This document shows, one piece after another, positions 1 to 11,809 of a stretch of 64,000 bases of DNA. This DNA is from Azolla caroliniana (Eukaryota; Plantae; Polypodiophyta): NCBI GenBank assembly GCA_043228905.1, contig JBHGNT010000012.1, positions 13,020,001 through 13,084,000 of the forward strand, read 5' to 3'. Below the pieces are notes generated by a model that ran no database searches, was not told the DNA's origin, and was given only the letters and a program-made list of their open reading frames with translations. A program made the translations under genes and the position numbers. Numbering within the stretch: position 1 is the stretch's first letter; the number at the start of each line of letters is the position of its first letter.

Positions 1-10
1 GAAGGAGGAC

Positions 11-694
11 ATGATGAAAGTACCATATGCCTCCGCCGTCGGGAGCTTGATGTACGCAATGGTGTGTACCCGACCGGACATAGGATATGCAGTCGGAGTG
101 GTGAGCCGGTACATGAGCAATCCCGGCAAAGAGCATTGGAACGCGGCCAAGTGGATACTCCGATACCTGAAGGGCACAGCAAATGTGTGCCTCCGATTCG
201 GCTCCGGTAAGCCCGAACTCGACGGCTTCACCGATTCGGATATGTCGGCTGATGCAGATACCAGCCGGTCCACATCAGGGTATGTGATGACGTATGCAGG
301 GGGAGCTGTTTCGTGGCAGTCGAGGCTGCAGAAGACGGTTGCGTTGTCAACCACGGAGGCGGAGTACATGGCGGCTGTTGAAGCCGGCAAGGAAATAATA
401 TGGATGAAGGACTTCACTAGAGAGCTCGGTATCCGGCAGGAGGAGTACCGACTCTACTGCGACAGTCAGAGTGCCATCCACCTTGCGAAGAACGTGGCCT
501 ATCACTCCCGGACGAAGCACATCCAGCGAAGATATCACTGGATCCGGGAAAGGATAGAAGACCAGGAGTTCGTGCTGACGAAGATCCACACGGACGAGAA
601 CGGGTCGGATATGCTGACCAAGGTGCTCACACCCGACAAGCTAGAAGCATGCCGGAAGAGGATCGGATTGGAGAGACATCCCATGCCGAAGTGA
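11..694 (+). CDS. pol: Copia pol C-terminus (RT end and RNase H); begins upstream of the window
   Basis: PYASAVGSLMYAMVCTRPDI, FTDSD, STTEAEY, YCDSQSAIHLA, HSRTKHI, DMLTK motifs. Confidence 0.93.
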   Translation: MMKVPYASAVGSLMYAMVCTRPDIGYAVGVVSRYMSNPGKEHWNAAKWILRYLKGTANVCLRFGSGKPELDGFTDSDMSADADTSRSTSGYVMTYAGGAVSWQSRLQKTVALSTTEAEYMAAVEAGKEIIWMKDFTRELGIRQEEYRLYCDSQSAIHLAKNVAYHSRTKHIQRRYHWIRERIEDQEFVLTKIHTDENGSDMLTKVLTPDKLEACRKRIGLERHPMPK

Positions 695-704
695 AGGGGG
701 AGTT

Positions 705-1274
705 TGTTGGGATTTCGGTCCCTCCGGATGGGATGTCCGGAGATGAATGACGGCAAGCCCGGTTCCGGTTACGGAGCCGGATGATGAAGAACCCGGTATC
801 GGATCCGGATGATGAAGATCCCGGCTACGGAGCCGGATGATGAAGAACCCGGTATCGGAGCCGGATGACGAATGTACCCGGAGAGAGATCCGGATGCGGG
901 GACATATTTGTGAATATGTTTGCCAAGGGCCCTTGAGGCTATACTTGTAAATAGCTCGAAAGTCATATGTGTATAAATATGACTTAGGGCAAACAGTTTA
1001 TGTTGCTGCTCATATTTTCTGTTTTTCACTTAGAGGGAGTGAAGAGAGCAGCTGAGAGAGAGAGAGAGAGACGAAGAGGTCGTTGCCTCTGTGTATTACC
1101 GCCGCCTGTGGCGAAGACAGTGAGCTCAAGGTTGTTGCCTTGTAGCTTCACCATTGTACATCTCTGTTTATAGTGATAGTTGGAGTTTGAGGACTCCCGT
1201 GGTTTTTTTTTGTATTTCCTATTTTCTGTGAGTTAATCCTATTCCTCGGTTGTGGCCGAGCGTGGTTTTCAACA
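705..1274 (+). repeat. Copia 3' LTR with internal CCGG-rich tandem repeats (~770-900)
   Basis: TG...CA ends directly after the PPT; TATA-like GTATAAATA; GA tract; related to the LTRs at 20120, 21366, 44876 and 49132. Confidence 0.88.
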
Positions 1275-3330
1275 TCTTGTTGAAAAGTAGTCAGAGCGTT
1301 GGTCAAACCAAAAGGCATAACCAAAAACTCGTAATGGCCACAGCACGTACAAAGTGCCGTTTTAGGAACATCGTCCTCACTTATTCGTATTTGATGATAG
1401 CCAGTACGGAGATCAAGTTTCGTAAAATACCGAGCTCCCTGGAGACGGTCAATTAGATCGTCAGCCTGGGGCAATGGGTAAGAATTCTTGATCGTCACTT
1501 TATTCAAGCGTCAGTAATTAATACACATACGTCATGTGCCCTCTTTCTTTTTAACCAAGAGAACTGGTGCACCCCATGGAGATTTACTATAACGTATATA
1601 ACCCATTCGTAAATAGTCCTTCAGTTGCTTAGATACCTCATCTTCTTCGTATCTACTTAAGCAATATAGAGGTATACTTATTGGTGCAACACCAGGTACA
1701 ATATCTATACGATGGTCTATATTACGTTTAGGAGGTAACCCATCAGGTAGTTCACTTGGAAAAAACATCATGAAAATCATTTAAGATTTCATCAAGTTGT
1801 TGTTCAAAATATGTTAATTGAACCGGGACATTATCGATATTGTAAACGTGAATGTCCGGATCAAGTACACAATGAAATAGAGTAGAACTCGGATATTGAT
1901 AAACATGAGGAAACAATCGAGAGGGATTGTTTTTTTAAAGATTGAATAAAATGTGTACAATCGTTCAGTACAAAAGAAATGGAATGGCGATCCCAATCAA
2001 TAAATAAAGAAGAGTTTTTATTATAAAACCAGGGATAACCCAGTATTACATTGGTGGTACAAATATTCATTACATGGAAGTCTACTTCCTCTATACAAGT
2101 ATCAATAAAAATTCCTAATGAATGAATCACCCCGTTGATGTATTGTACTCTTCCATCAGCCAAGTGCACCGTGTAGGTGTGATCACTTACGGTGGGTTGG
2201 ATTCCCCATATCTGAACCAAACGATCATTCACAAAATTGTGTGAGCTTCCCGAATCAAATAAAAATTGTACGGGAGATCCATTGATATACCCGTTTGCAC
2301 ATAGTAAATCATTGGGACCCAATACATAGTGAGGGAAAGAACATTCACAATTACTTAAATGACGTGTATAGACCTGAAGGACATTAGGAATCTGACCTTT
2401 ATGGTTTGCAGCTTTAGCTTTGTTGTCGTGCTCTTTCCGTTGGAGCTTTCGACATTGCTCTTTTGTGTGACCCTTCTTTTTGCAAAATACGCAAAAAGGA
2501 TTTTGTCGCTTACAGTCGCGATCTAGGAATTCGTTGGGTGTCTTGCGTTTCCCAACAAATTGCAACTACTTAGTCCCAGGCGCTTCGTTGGGTTTGTTGT
2601 GGTCCTTCTTCGAAGTGCGTTGATAGCGAAGAAGTATTTCAACGGCCTCTTCGAAGGATTTTGGATCCTTATCGTGCACTATCCAGTGATAGTCCGAATT
2701 GGGGATGCCATTGACAAAACAAGCTATCAACCAGTTGTCCCCTTCTAGACCCGACTTTTGGATTTGGGTTCTAGCATGGTGAACATAGTCTTCTAGCGAG
2801 GAAAATTTCCAACTAGAGAGGTTCATTAAATCTTGTGCCGCCTTGGTTCGAGAGGGAGGTTGAAGAAATTGGCCCTTAAAAACTGTGACAACATCTGTCC
2901 AGGTATCGGGCAATTTCCCCATAGTACGTAGCCCACGCCACCAGGCGGCGACCTTACCCCCTAGTTCTCGGCCGACATATGCAATGTTCGTACTATCTGG
3001 CGTGGAATAGAGCTCAAAATGATACTCCCATCGTCCCAACGACGTGCAGATTGCTTCTTCAGTTCTTTCCTTTTTGTGTCCCGTAAATGGCTTAACGACA
3101 AATGATGGTTCACCCTGGCGCTCATCAGGTCTATTAGTCTCACGTTGTAGACTAATGACACGAGCCTCAAGAGCACTTTGAGATTGCCGAAGTTTGGTCA
3201 TTTGTTGAGCGGTGAAACTAAGGTATTGGCTTATCTGTGCCAAATACATCTCAATGGACATTTGTCCATGAGGATTCCCTTGAGTTCCTTTTGCTTGAGC
3301 GGATGACATCAGGTCGTTATTTTGAGCCAT
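1275..3330 (-). pseudogene. Gypsy gag-protease-RT, disrupted
   Basis: ORF pieces 2566-3330, 1861-2565, 1532-1780 and 1275-1507, separated by stops or frameshifts. Confidence 0.9.
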
Positions 3331-5009
3331 TAAAGATTATTTCTGGAAAAGAAATAGGATAAGGTCAAAGAGATAGTCATAACATCATGTCGTGATGTAA
3401 ACATATCATGGGCAAACATTAATCGATATCATGATCTCACGTCAATACCCCTCTAGACGTATGAGATGAGGTTCAAGATCAGGTTACTATGGTAACACAA
3501 AGGTGTTTTAAAAACCATGGGGGTGACAATTTAATGTCTTTCCCTGATCTCTATATCGATTTTTTCATGGCGGCTCCCCGAGGGTCAACCATGTATGTTT
3601 GCATCATGAGTAGTTTATACACGAAAAAAATGTTAACAATAAACTGTGTTTCGGTGCCCACATATGTGGTTTCGGCTCTTTAAGTCCTATTACAAGGACC
3701 TTGAGGTGCACTTAGACCTCAAGTCTAAACATGTGTTATAATCATATGTATCAACGATGTTGTATGGTCTTGGTCATATTTGAACTCGAGACCTCGAGAA
3801 CAAATGCATTAAACATTTGAACCAACCAAGTAAGTTGCTCTTCTTGTATGTTTAATGTTTCATGCGTATAAGAGATATGCGAGGCATTTGCCGATATATG
3901 TTTTTTAAAAAGAAACATATATGTCAAGAGTCCTTATTTCGCCCTCATTTACTACAACTATGTTGGTACGTTACCTAACCTCAAGTCTCATAATTGCAAT
4001 GGCATACGCCAAAGTGCAACCTAATGGTCAAGCCAAATGAGCCCTGTTTTCGTAGTAGGCCCACGTGGCCCATCACATGGTCACGTCATTACGAATGCCT
4101 CTCGTAAGAATAATCTCATGGTGGCATCGTATTCATGTAATGAGGGAGGAATGTTGGATACGTGTGTCATAATAGCGACCTCACATGAAGTGGGTCAAGC
4201 CCTATGTACTCAACATCATTATGGCTATTGACGTTTCTTTACATAACGAAATATTGAAGTCACCAACGGGGATTTCAACAATAAAAAATTGTTGAAAAAA
4301 GGGATGGTGACAATACGATTCTCACAAAAATGTGAGGACGGCCACCAAGATCCTTTCCCCGAAAAGGAAACATTCGATTTTAAATCACGTAATAACTTTT
4401 ATACACATGTATATTATCACATATATATGATCAAGTACGTATACACGTGACCAGATATGCCTATATTAAAGAAATCATTATATTTAATAGCAAAAAATGA
4501 CGTAATCGAGGGATATACCTCTACGCACACGAGACATCCAAAAATAAGGGTTCAACGTAATACGCAATTGAGTTATTGATCTCTTACACATACAAGACCA
4601 AACGCATATCATTTACAACAAAATTGAGGTGTTGACCTCATACGCAAAGGTAACATATGTTCGTGAACGTAATACATAATTGAGGTATTAACCTCGTACG
4701 CATACAACACTCATCACATATTATTCATATGTCAAACGAGGTATTGACCTCGTGCACATATGTAAGCATTTTAAATAACCAATTAAATACCACTACAACA
4801 TCATTTAATTAATGAAAAAAATCTACATATTAACCATCCACATGATTAGATGGGAGAAGAAAAAATAGACAAAAAATAGCAAGAAAGATTACCGAAGTTC
4901 CTTGTTGATCCTTGTCTGCATGAAGGCCAATCACACAACGATCGATCGCAATCCATCGAGAAGATAAGACCAATAAAAGAAACATTAGTACATAAGCTCG
5001 CATACCAAA

Positions 5010-5466
5010 TAATAAAGACATATACTAATGTAAGCATTAGATAAGGATAGAATATAGATGAATAGATAAAAAGGAGAGAGAGAAAGAAGGGTGTCGATCC
5101 ACCCGACCATCCCCGAGCGAAGGGATCGAGACGGACTCTAGCCTCGATCGGTGTCCCATACAACCGTCGTGGCGTCAAGTCGTACCTGGTGTTGGCGCGC
5201 TCGCTACAAGAGTTGACCCACCACAAGACAGAGTCTCAATGTAGTCAACAAAATCATGAAATGAGGGTAGCTAGGCCTCTTATTTATAGCGATACCCAAG
5301 GCCCCTAGGCAAGTTCACACTTGGCCTAATGGGTTGTCTCAGTCCCGAGGAGTAAAAGTAATCCTCCCCTTCTTGACACTCTCGTTTAACCCTCACACTT
5401 ATCCACATGTATAGAATACTACGGGAAATTGTCACCACGGGATATTATATGGTCATGCCCGTAACA
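5010..5466 (-). repeat. Family A 5' LTR
   Basis: Begins TGTTACGGGCATGACC on the minus strand; followed by the PBS; homologous to the other family A LTRs. Confidence 0.88.
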
Positions 5467-7608
5467 AGAGAGTGGGTAAATGAACCCCAACCGGCCCAGC
5501 CGAACACGCGAACAACGCAAGAAGAGCAGGCAGCGTGCACCAAGGAAGCGGCATGGGAGCCAGATGCCGAACCACGTCAGGGAAGCCCTTGGCCGAAAAG
5601 GCGGAGGCTGGACAGGAAAGATGGGCGAGGATTAGTGAAAGACGCACTCGCGGCTGCGGAGACAATGATCATAGGTGACAGCTCCGCAGTTACGGAGCCC
5701 AACACCACCTTCGAAATAATCCGGGAACCATAGCCGATCATTACGGCCTAGTCACATCGAGGGAAAGCCGTATTGACGGCGGAAAGCAAGGTCCTAGCGT
5801 ATCCGGACATCCCGAACACGGCCCATGAGTTAGACGCACTATTACAGTTCGGAACCTCTTTTGAGCTCATGGAATTCTTGGCAATACAACAGATAAAAGT
5901 TTCACAACGAATGGCCGAGGAGCACGCAGAGCGCCAAATGATCGAGCGTGCATTAACACAAACGACGGAAAGCTACGATGAGGACTAGTTAGCCAGAGTC
6001 GGCAGACAAAGGAACGTCGGTATACGCCGAATGGGGATAAAACTACCCCCATTAAACGCGGCCCTAGTCGAAGTTCATAGGGAACTGGCAAAGGTCAGAA
6101 TGGGTGCCAAGGAGATGGCCATTAAAAATAAGAATGTCTGGAAGAAGGTTAAACTGACCGAAGCCGAGCTGCAAAAAGCCAACGAACGCATCGCGAAGTT
6201 GGAAAATAACGCGACTACGGCACAACAAGCAACTCCACCACCAAACAACGCCGTCGAAGCCCTGAGGGAAGAGATTGAGGCTCAGACCGCCATTGCCTCA
6301 AAAGCAAAAAGGGTCGTACAACTAGCGGAATCAAAAATTGACCGCCTCCGCGCTCAACTTCACCAGTCCTCAGACAGGGAAAAGGACATTCAGCAACGGC
6401 CGAAAGGCAGTAAAGACCCTTGAAGAGAAACTCACAATGGAGACAACATAGCACAACCAGACGAAAGAAGATAACGCCCAATTATGGGAGGAAGTGAAAA
6501 AATCGGAAGCGGCAATTGTAAGACTCCGGGCCCTATTAGAGAAAAAGAAAGCATGGTTCGACGAGCAACTGGTGGGCGAACAAGAGAGAAGGCATCAGCT
6601 CGAAATTCGCCTGAACAATGAAATGGGAAAACTGGAAGAACTACATGCGAAGGAATCCTAGCTTTGGGCAGGTATGAAGAGCACATATGAGGAAGCGACG
6701 GCGGTTAATCAGCAAGAAATTATGAACCTCAAGAATCTATAAAAGAAGCACGCAACTGTTGCCAAGCCATCATAGACAACATGGGTATCCTTGTACAAAT
6801 GAATCGGGAGAGGTTTACAACACAATTAAAAACGGCACTAGACAAAGGATGGATGGAGTGGGTTGCACAAGCGGCGGAATTGCATGCATATCGAGCGGAC
6901 TGGGAGAACCAGAGGAAAGACGGCCGAGGCTTCTATAAACTAAATGAGGAAAGCATTGCAGCAGTACGCTAGGACCTAGCACAGGACTATCGCACGCTAG
7001 CGGACCAACATTCCAAAGAACTCGCAATGCTACTAGATGATTTTGGCGAAAGCCAGGAGGACCTGTTTCACCAGATCATGCAAGCTAGTAGCACGCGAAC
7101 AAACGAGGAATCCATCACGACACCAATTCAGGGTACTGCTGAACCAGAGGAACCTCAGGCCATGTCACCAGAAATTACCACTACGGTGAACAGCGAGGAA
7201 TGGCGAGTGGAGTCCCCCGCAATACCACACAACGACACCACTGCCCAAGTGGAAGCCGAACCACCGGAGCATATGCTTACGGCCAACAACACAAAGAACG
7301 TCCCGGACCAAGAGGAACCGCAAACCCACTTCCCAAAGCATAAAACCGCGGCCAACATCACGGGGGAAGTGACGAACGAACCAGAACCGCGACCTACCGC
7401 AAGCAAGCGGACGGCTGAACCAAACCCCCTCGCCCAAGAAGAGCCCACACAACCCAAGCCACCCACACAGGATGATTGCGAAACCAGGAGAAGCTCTACA
7501 GACCAGGCAGGGGAACTACACAACGACACGCCTACTGGCCCTTTGCAATCCCCAGACACGAGCACTATACCAAAACCAAACATCAGGGCCATTTTGGAGG
7601 AAGATTAA
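5467..7608 (+). pseudogene. Retrotransposon additional coiled-coil ORF, multiple stops
   Basis: Fragments 5773-5988, 6031-6423, 6781-6972 and 7027-7608 are collinear with the element E extra ORF. Confidence 0.75.
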
Positions 7609-8104
7609 AGGGATGGGTCCGACATGCCATGGCACTGTCCCACAAGCATGCCAGGTGTTGTCCACCGGATTAGTAACCGACGGACAAGAGTGTAGTAATA
7701 TGGAATAGAATAATTTTGTAATGCATGTAATGGTTCACGCAGGAAACGTGAACGGCTAAAAGACCCTGCGTATATAAAGGGCAGAAAAGCTCTGATAGAG
7801 GTAGCGTGTAATTTTGAATGTAAAAGGCATATCGTAATAGAGTTCTATCTTCTCCTATATCTGTGTGTGACTGTGGTTAATCTACTGTGTGTAGGTAATC
7901 CTTAAGAGCGTAGGCGTAAGTAACGGTGTCTGCACTAGCACACTGTCTAAGGAGCTCAGTTGTAGGCATCGCCCTTATACGTTGCTAGGTTACGGGGAAT
8001 ATTCCCCTAAGTATTACGCACACACGTTACCATTCGTTGCCACACAGTCACTTGGAGGTCTAGGTCGAAGGACTGACCATAGACCGTGTTCCTAATCGGT
8101 AACA
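5467..8104 (+). mobile_element. 3' part of a non-chromovirus gypsy (element B): extra-ORF remnant plus 3' LTR 7656-8104
   Basis: ORF pieces match the extra ORF at 32666-35134 (DIPNTAHELDALLQFGTSFEL vs DIPPAAHELAAILQFGTSYEL); LTR TGTTG...TAACA containing TATATAAAGGG. Confidence 0.8.
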
Positions 8105-8451
8105 CTTCAATACAACATTGTGATGGCATCGACGTTTGACGAGTTTCGCGTTGCTCGTGAAAGAGATAGCAATAGATGGAAAGAGATAGATATAGGTAGG
8201 GTGGGAGTGGATAGTGTGTGTGTGGGCACGCTACCTAATCATGTGTGCATCAGAAACCATGCACGTGGAGTTTGATTTTGCTTGTGCAATGAGCGAGCGA
8301 GGGCACGCGATCTGATCGTGTGTGTGTGTGTGTGTTATGCGCGTGCGTGGGAGAAATATGATTGAGAGGGTTATGAGAACGTCAAGACACCACAAAGCAC
8401 ACCATTTACGATGTTTAGAAAGTGTATAATTGAAAAAGTTATGTAAGTTCT

Positions 8452-9048
8452 TTAAAAGTGGCCAATACAAGCGCATGGGCGAAGATCACATTGTTGGAGA
8501 AGGCGAGAGGTTGCCACGCTTAGAAGTTGTTCCTCCTCACTAGCCTTGAAATGACGACGATGTTCCTCATCTTGTCGTCCGGTCATGCGATAATGGCGCA
8601 CGTCCTCCTTGCTCTCGCCACTGACTCTCTCTCGCTCGGCATGCTCTTCCCATTGACGATGTTCCCTAGACACTTGGCTATGGCGGTGAACATCATTGCG
8701 TGCCTCTTCTCCGCTAATGTATAAGGCCTCGCGGAGGCCGTTGCAATGCTCTTCTACGGAGATTTGTTCCATGTTCCTCCAACTACGATAATCCAGGTCC
8801 TCATCCGACTCTCTCTTGTTGTCTCTATAGTGCCTCTCATCGATGGATCCCTCACGGCGTCCATTGCACCTCTCCTCGTCGGCATCCTCCTCCCTACGTC
8901 GATCGCGTCTCTCCTCGTCAATGTCTCCCTCTCTTCGTTGATCATGCCTCTCCTCTTCGCGATCCTGTCCTATAGATCTACCATTGGCCGCGCTGCAGGC
9001 GGCTAGGATGATAACTCCAATGAGGAATATGATAGTGAGCTTTGCCAT
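8452..9048 (-). CDS. Putative secreted hydrophilic R/E/D-rich repeat protein, copy 1 (198 aa, open frame)
   Basis: MAKLTIIFLIGVIILAACSAANG resembles a signal peptide; charged repeats follow; TATA, RY and ABRE upstream; paralogues at 10298, 52705 and 58415. Confidence 0.75.
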   Translation of the reverse strand: MAKLTIIFLIGVIILAACSAANGRSIGQDREEERHDQRREGDIDEERRDRRREEDADEERCNGRREGSIDERHYRDNKRESDEDLDYRSWRNMEQISVEEHCNGLREALYISGEEARNDVHRHSQVSREHRQWEEHAERERVSGESKEDVRHYRMTGRQDEEHRRHFKASEEEQLLSVATSRLLQQCDLRPCACIGHF

Positions 9049-9114
9049 TGCTTGTGTTCGCAACTACCCCGGTTCTCTCTCCGCCTATTTGAGTGGGTCA
9101 TGGTTGATCCACCC

Positions 9115-9234
9115 TTATATACACAAGGCCATGCATGTCCCTTCCCACGTCCATTCTTATAGATGTTAATGGCATGATCCATACTTGGGCCACGGAAGAG
9201 ACCATTCACTTTTCACCACCCCCCTTTACGTGTC
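9115..9234 (-). promoter_or_regulatory. TATA + RY (CATGCATG) + ABRE promoter of the secreted-protein gene
   Basis: TATATAA 9115-9121; CATGCATG 9130-9137; ACGTGG 9145-9150; ACGTGTC 9228-9234. TATA, RY and the proximal ABRE are kept at 44224-44258. Confidence 0.7.
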
Positions 9235-9349
9235 CATGATCCTCCTCCTTTGACTTATCATATCACTAGCCCTATACTCACCTCCATCACACCAGGAGTG
9301 GGATTATGCAACTGGGGGTTTCAAATCTACTAACCTATGGATGCTTCAT

Positions 9350-10297
9350 CCATATTCAAAATGTAACCTCATGATAACCACCTAGACATGTGATGCCATT
9401 GAAATTGTAGAGTGTGTATCGGCCTCTTAAGACGAGGATAAGGTGGTGAGAGAAGGTTTTTAGGGTGTTGGTTCTCTCCACGAATACTTTTTTGGCGGTT
9501 GTGGTCACGAGGGAGTTTAGAATCCATTCCAACCAATATACGGACGATGACACGCGTTTTCATTGTGATTACAAGATCCGTCATCGTTGTGGACGCTGCA
9601 ACACCCGAGGAATATGAAAGTGGCACCATTCAAGGACAACATTTCTAGGTGAAACATGCGTGGGTTGGTGCACACAATGATGAAACGGTAGATAGACATG
9701 GGAATGTCATGTGGAATCATGTTCGTAATAGGAGTTACGATCAGCCAGTACTATTGTGGACATCATTGTATGGGGAGACATGACATTGTATGAGGGTGGC
9801 TTCAATACAACATTGTGATGGCATCGACGTTTGACGTGTTTCGCATTGCTCATGGGAGAGATAGCGATAGATGGATAGAGATAGATATAGGTAGGGTGGG
9901 AGTGAGTAGTGTGCGTGTGGGCACGGTACCTAATCAGGTGTGTGTGAGAAACCGAGCCCGTGGAGTTTCATTTTGCTCGTGCAATGAGCGAGCGAGGGCA
10001 CGCAACCTGATCGTGTGTGTGTGTGTGTGTGTGTGTTGTGGGCGTGCGTGGGAGAAATATGATTGAGAGGGTTATGAGAACGTCAAGACACCACAAAGCA
10101 CACCATTTACGATGTTTAGAAAGTGTAGTGTGCGTGTGGGTTGTGCGCGACCAAATCGTGTGTGTGTGCGTGCGTGCGTGTTGTGCGTAAGCGTGGGAGA
10201 AATATGATTGAGAGGGTTTTGAGAACGTCAAGCCACCACAAAGCACACCATTTACGATTATCAAAAAGTGTATAGGTGAAAAAGTTATGTACGTTCT
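9350..10297. repeat. Intergenic spacer of the secreted-gene tandem array, with (GT)n tracts
   Basis: The same ~0.9-kb unit recurs at 8105-8451, 42626-44030, 57596-59352 and 62212-62847. Confidence 0.85.
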
Positions 10298-10955
10298 TTA
10301 AAAGTGGCGAATACAAGCGTGTGGGCGAAGATCACATTGTTGGAGAAGGCGAGAGGTTGGCATGCTTAGAAGTTCCTCCTCACCGGCCTTGAAACGACAA
10401 CGTTGTTCGTCATCTTGTCGTCCGGTCATGCGATAACGACGCTCGTCCTCCTCGCACTCGCTACTGTCTCTCTCTCGCTCGGCATCCTCTTCCCATTGAC
10501 GACATTGCTTGGACACTTGGCTATGGCGGTGACCATCATTGCATGCCTCTTCTCCGTTAATGTATAAGGCCTCACGGAGGCGGTTGCAACGTACTTCTAC
10601 GGGGATTTGTTCCACATTCCTGCAGTATCTTTCGCAGGGCCTTGCATATCGGCTGATTTCATCCCAAGAGGTTTAGGGCTTCGTCCACATTCCTCCTTAT
10701 CATTACGTTCTTGTAGGTGGCGCACTTGCCTATTGACGAAGTTTTGGCACCGTTGCCTCAACTCTCAGTCTCGTGGCTAATCACGATCGCGACTACGATG
10801 ATCCCGATCATCGTAGTCGCGACGTTCTTTATCGAGGAATCCTTCACAATGTCGGTCGCACCTCTGTTGCTCGACATCCTCCTCCCTACGTCGATCGCGC
10901 CTCTTGTCACGTGACTCGTCACGATCGCGACCGCGACGATCCCCTTCCTCTTCGG
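10298..10955 (-). pseudogene. Secreted repeat-protein gene, copy 2, 5'-truncated
   Basis: C-terminus ...SRLLQQCDLRPHACIRHF matches copy 1; no signal peptide or promoter; joins LTR-element DNA at ~10955. Confidence 0.8.
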
Positions 10956-11786
10956 ACCATTGAGACGACCGATGGAGTTCCAGTCGAGAAGAGTTGCCAT
11001 GGCGAGTGGGTTCACCGTGCAATGCACTGTCCCACAGGCGTGCCATGTGTTACCCGTAAGAATATACGGGGAGGCATAAGGGTATGTGTAATGATGTGGT
11101 TGATGTGTATGTGTAAAGTAAATGAGTGTGTGAGGATGAGTATGTGCATGGACACATGCACAATTATGTGCATATGTACACAAATGTGTAACGGTCTTAT
11201 TTATAATGGTCATGTAACCATTACATTGGATGTATTACATAAACCCCCTATGGGGTATGTAATGAAATAACATTTTTTCCCTCTCACATTTGTGTCATTT
11301 TATATTTGTCTTTCTCTCTTGCTCTCTCTCTAACTTAACCCCCTTGGGAGGGGGGTTCCCACCCCAACTTAAAAGCCTAGAATGGCTTCAACCCCCTCCC
11401 AAGGGGGTTACGTGTGAGGGAAAGAGAGAAGTAAAAAAAATAGAGAATGGCACAAAATGAGAGGGGAACAAAAATGTATATTCATTACATGCCCATACGG
11501 GGTTTATATAATACATCCAATGTAACAGTTACATGACCGTTATAAATAAGACCGTTACACATTCTTGTACACATGCACACAAATTCTGCATGTGTCCATA
11601 CACATACTAATCCTCAGAGACTCATTTACTTTACACATCCACATCAATACACCTACCTTTATGCCTCCCCGTATATTCTTACGGGGGTAACACATGGCAT
11701 GCCTTGTGGGACAATGCATTGCACGGTGAACCCACATGCCATGGAAAGTCTTCTTGACCGGAACTCCATCTGTCATCTCAACGGTC
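10955..11786. mobile_element. Two 3' ends of a short-LTR retroelement family joined tail-to-tail (~400-bp imperfect inverted repeat)
   Basis: LTR-like units 11048-~11369 (+) and 11692-~11372 (-) both start TGTTACCC and are preceded by the tRNA-like motif; the LTR end sequence recurs at 42575-42621. Confidence 0.65.
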
Positions 11787-11809
11787 AGAAATCCCTCAAC
11801 CGGATCACT

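Larger units (their letters stand above)
1..1274 (+). mobile_element. Ty1/copia LTR retrotransposon, 3' part (RT end/RNase H, PPT, 3' LTR), inserted in a gypsy RT
   Basis: Copia RT/RNase H motifs; PPT GAAGGGGGAGTT; LTR TGTTGGG...TTTTCAACA; gypsy RT sequence (minus strand) starts at 1275. Confidence 0.95.
1275..5466 (-). mobile_element. Chromovirus family A, copy 1 (5' LTR, PBS, long 5' UTR, gag, protease, RT start)
   Basis: LTR 5010-5466; Met-type PBS TGGTATGCGAGC (4996-5007, minus); gag MAQNN..., CX2CX4HX4[33 protein letters not shown]. Confidence 0.92.

Noticed and set aside
9356-10316. Short recurring ORFs in the array spacer and family A LTR/UTR (e.g. MVPPSYSS..., MMASTFD..., MWWVNSCS...)
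   Set aside because: They recur only because the DNA is repeated; frames vary between copies and there are no protein motifs.
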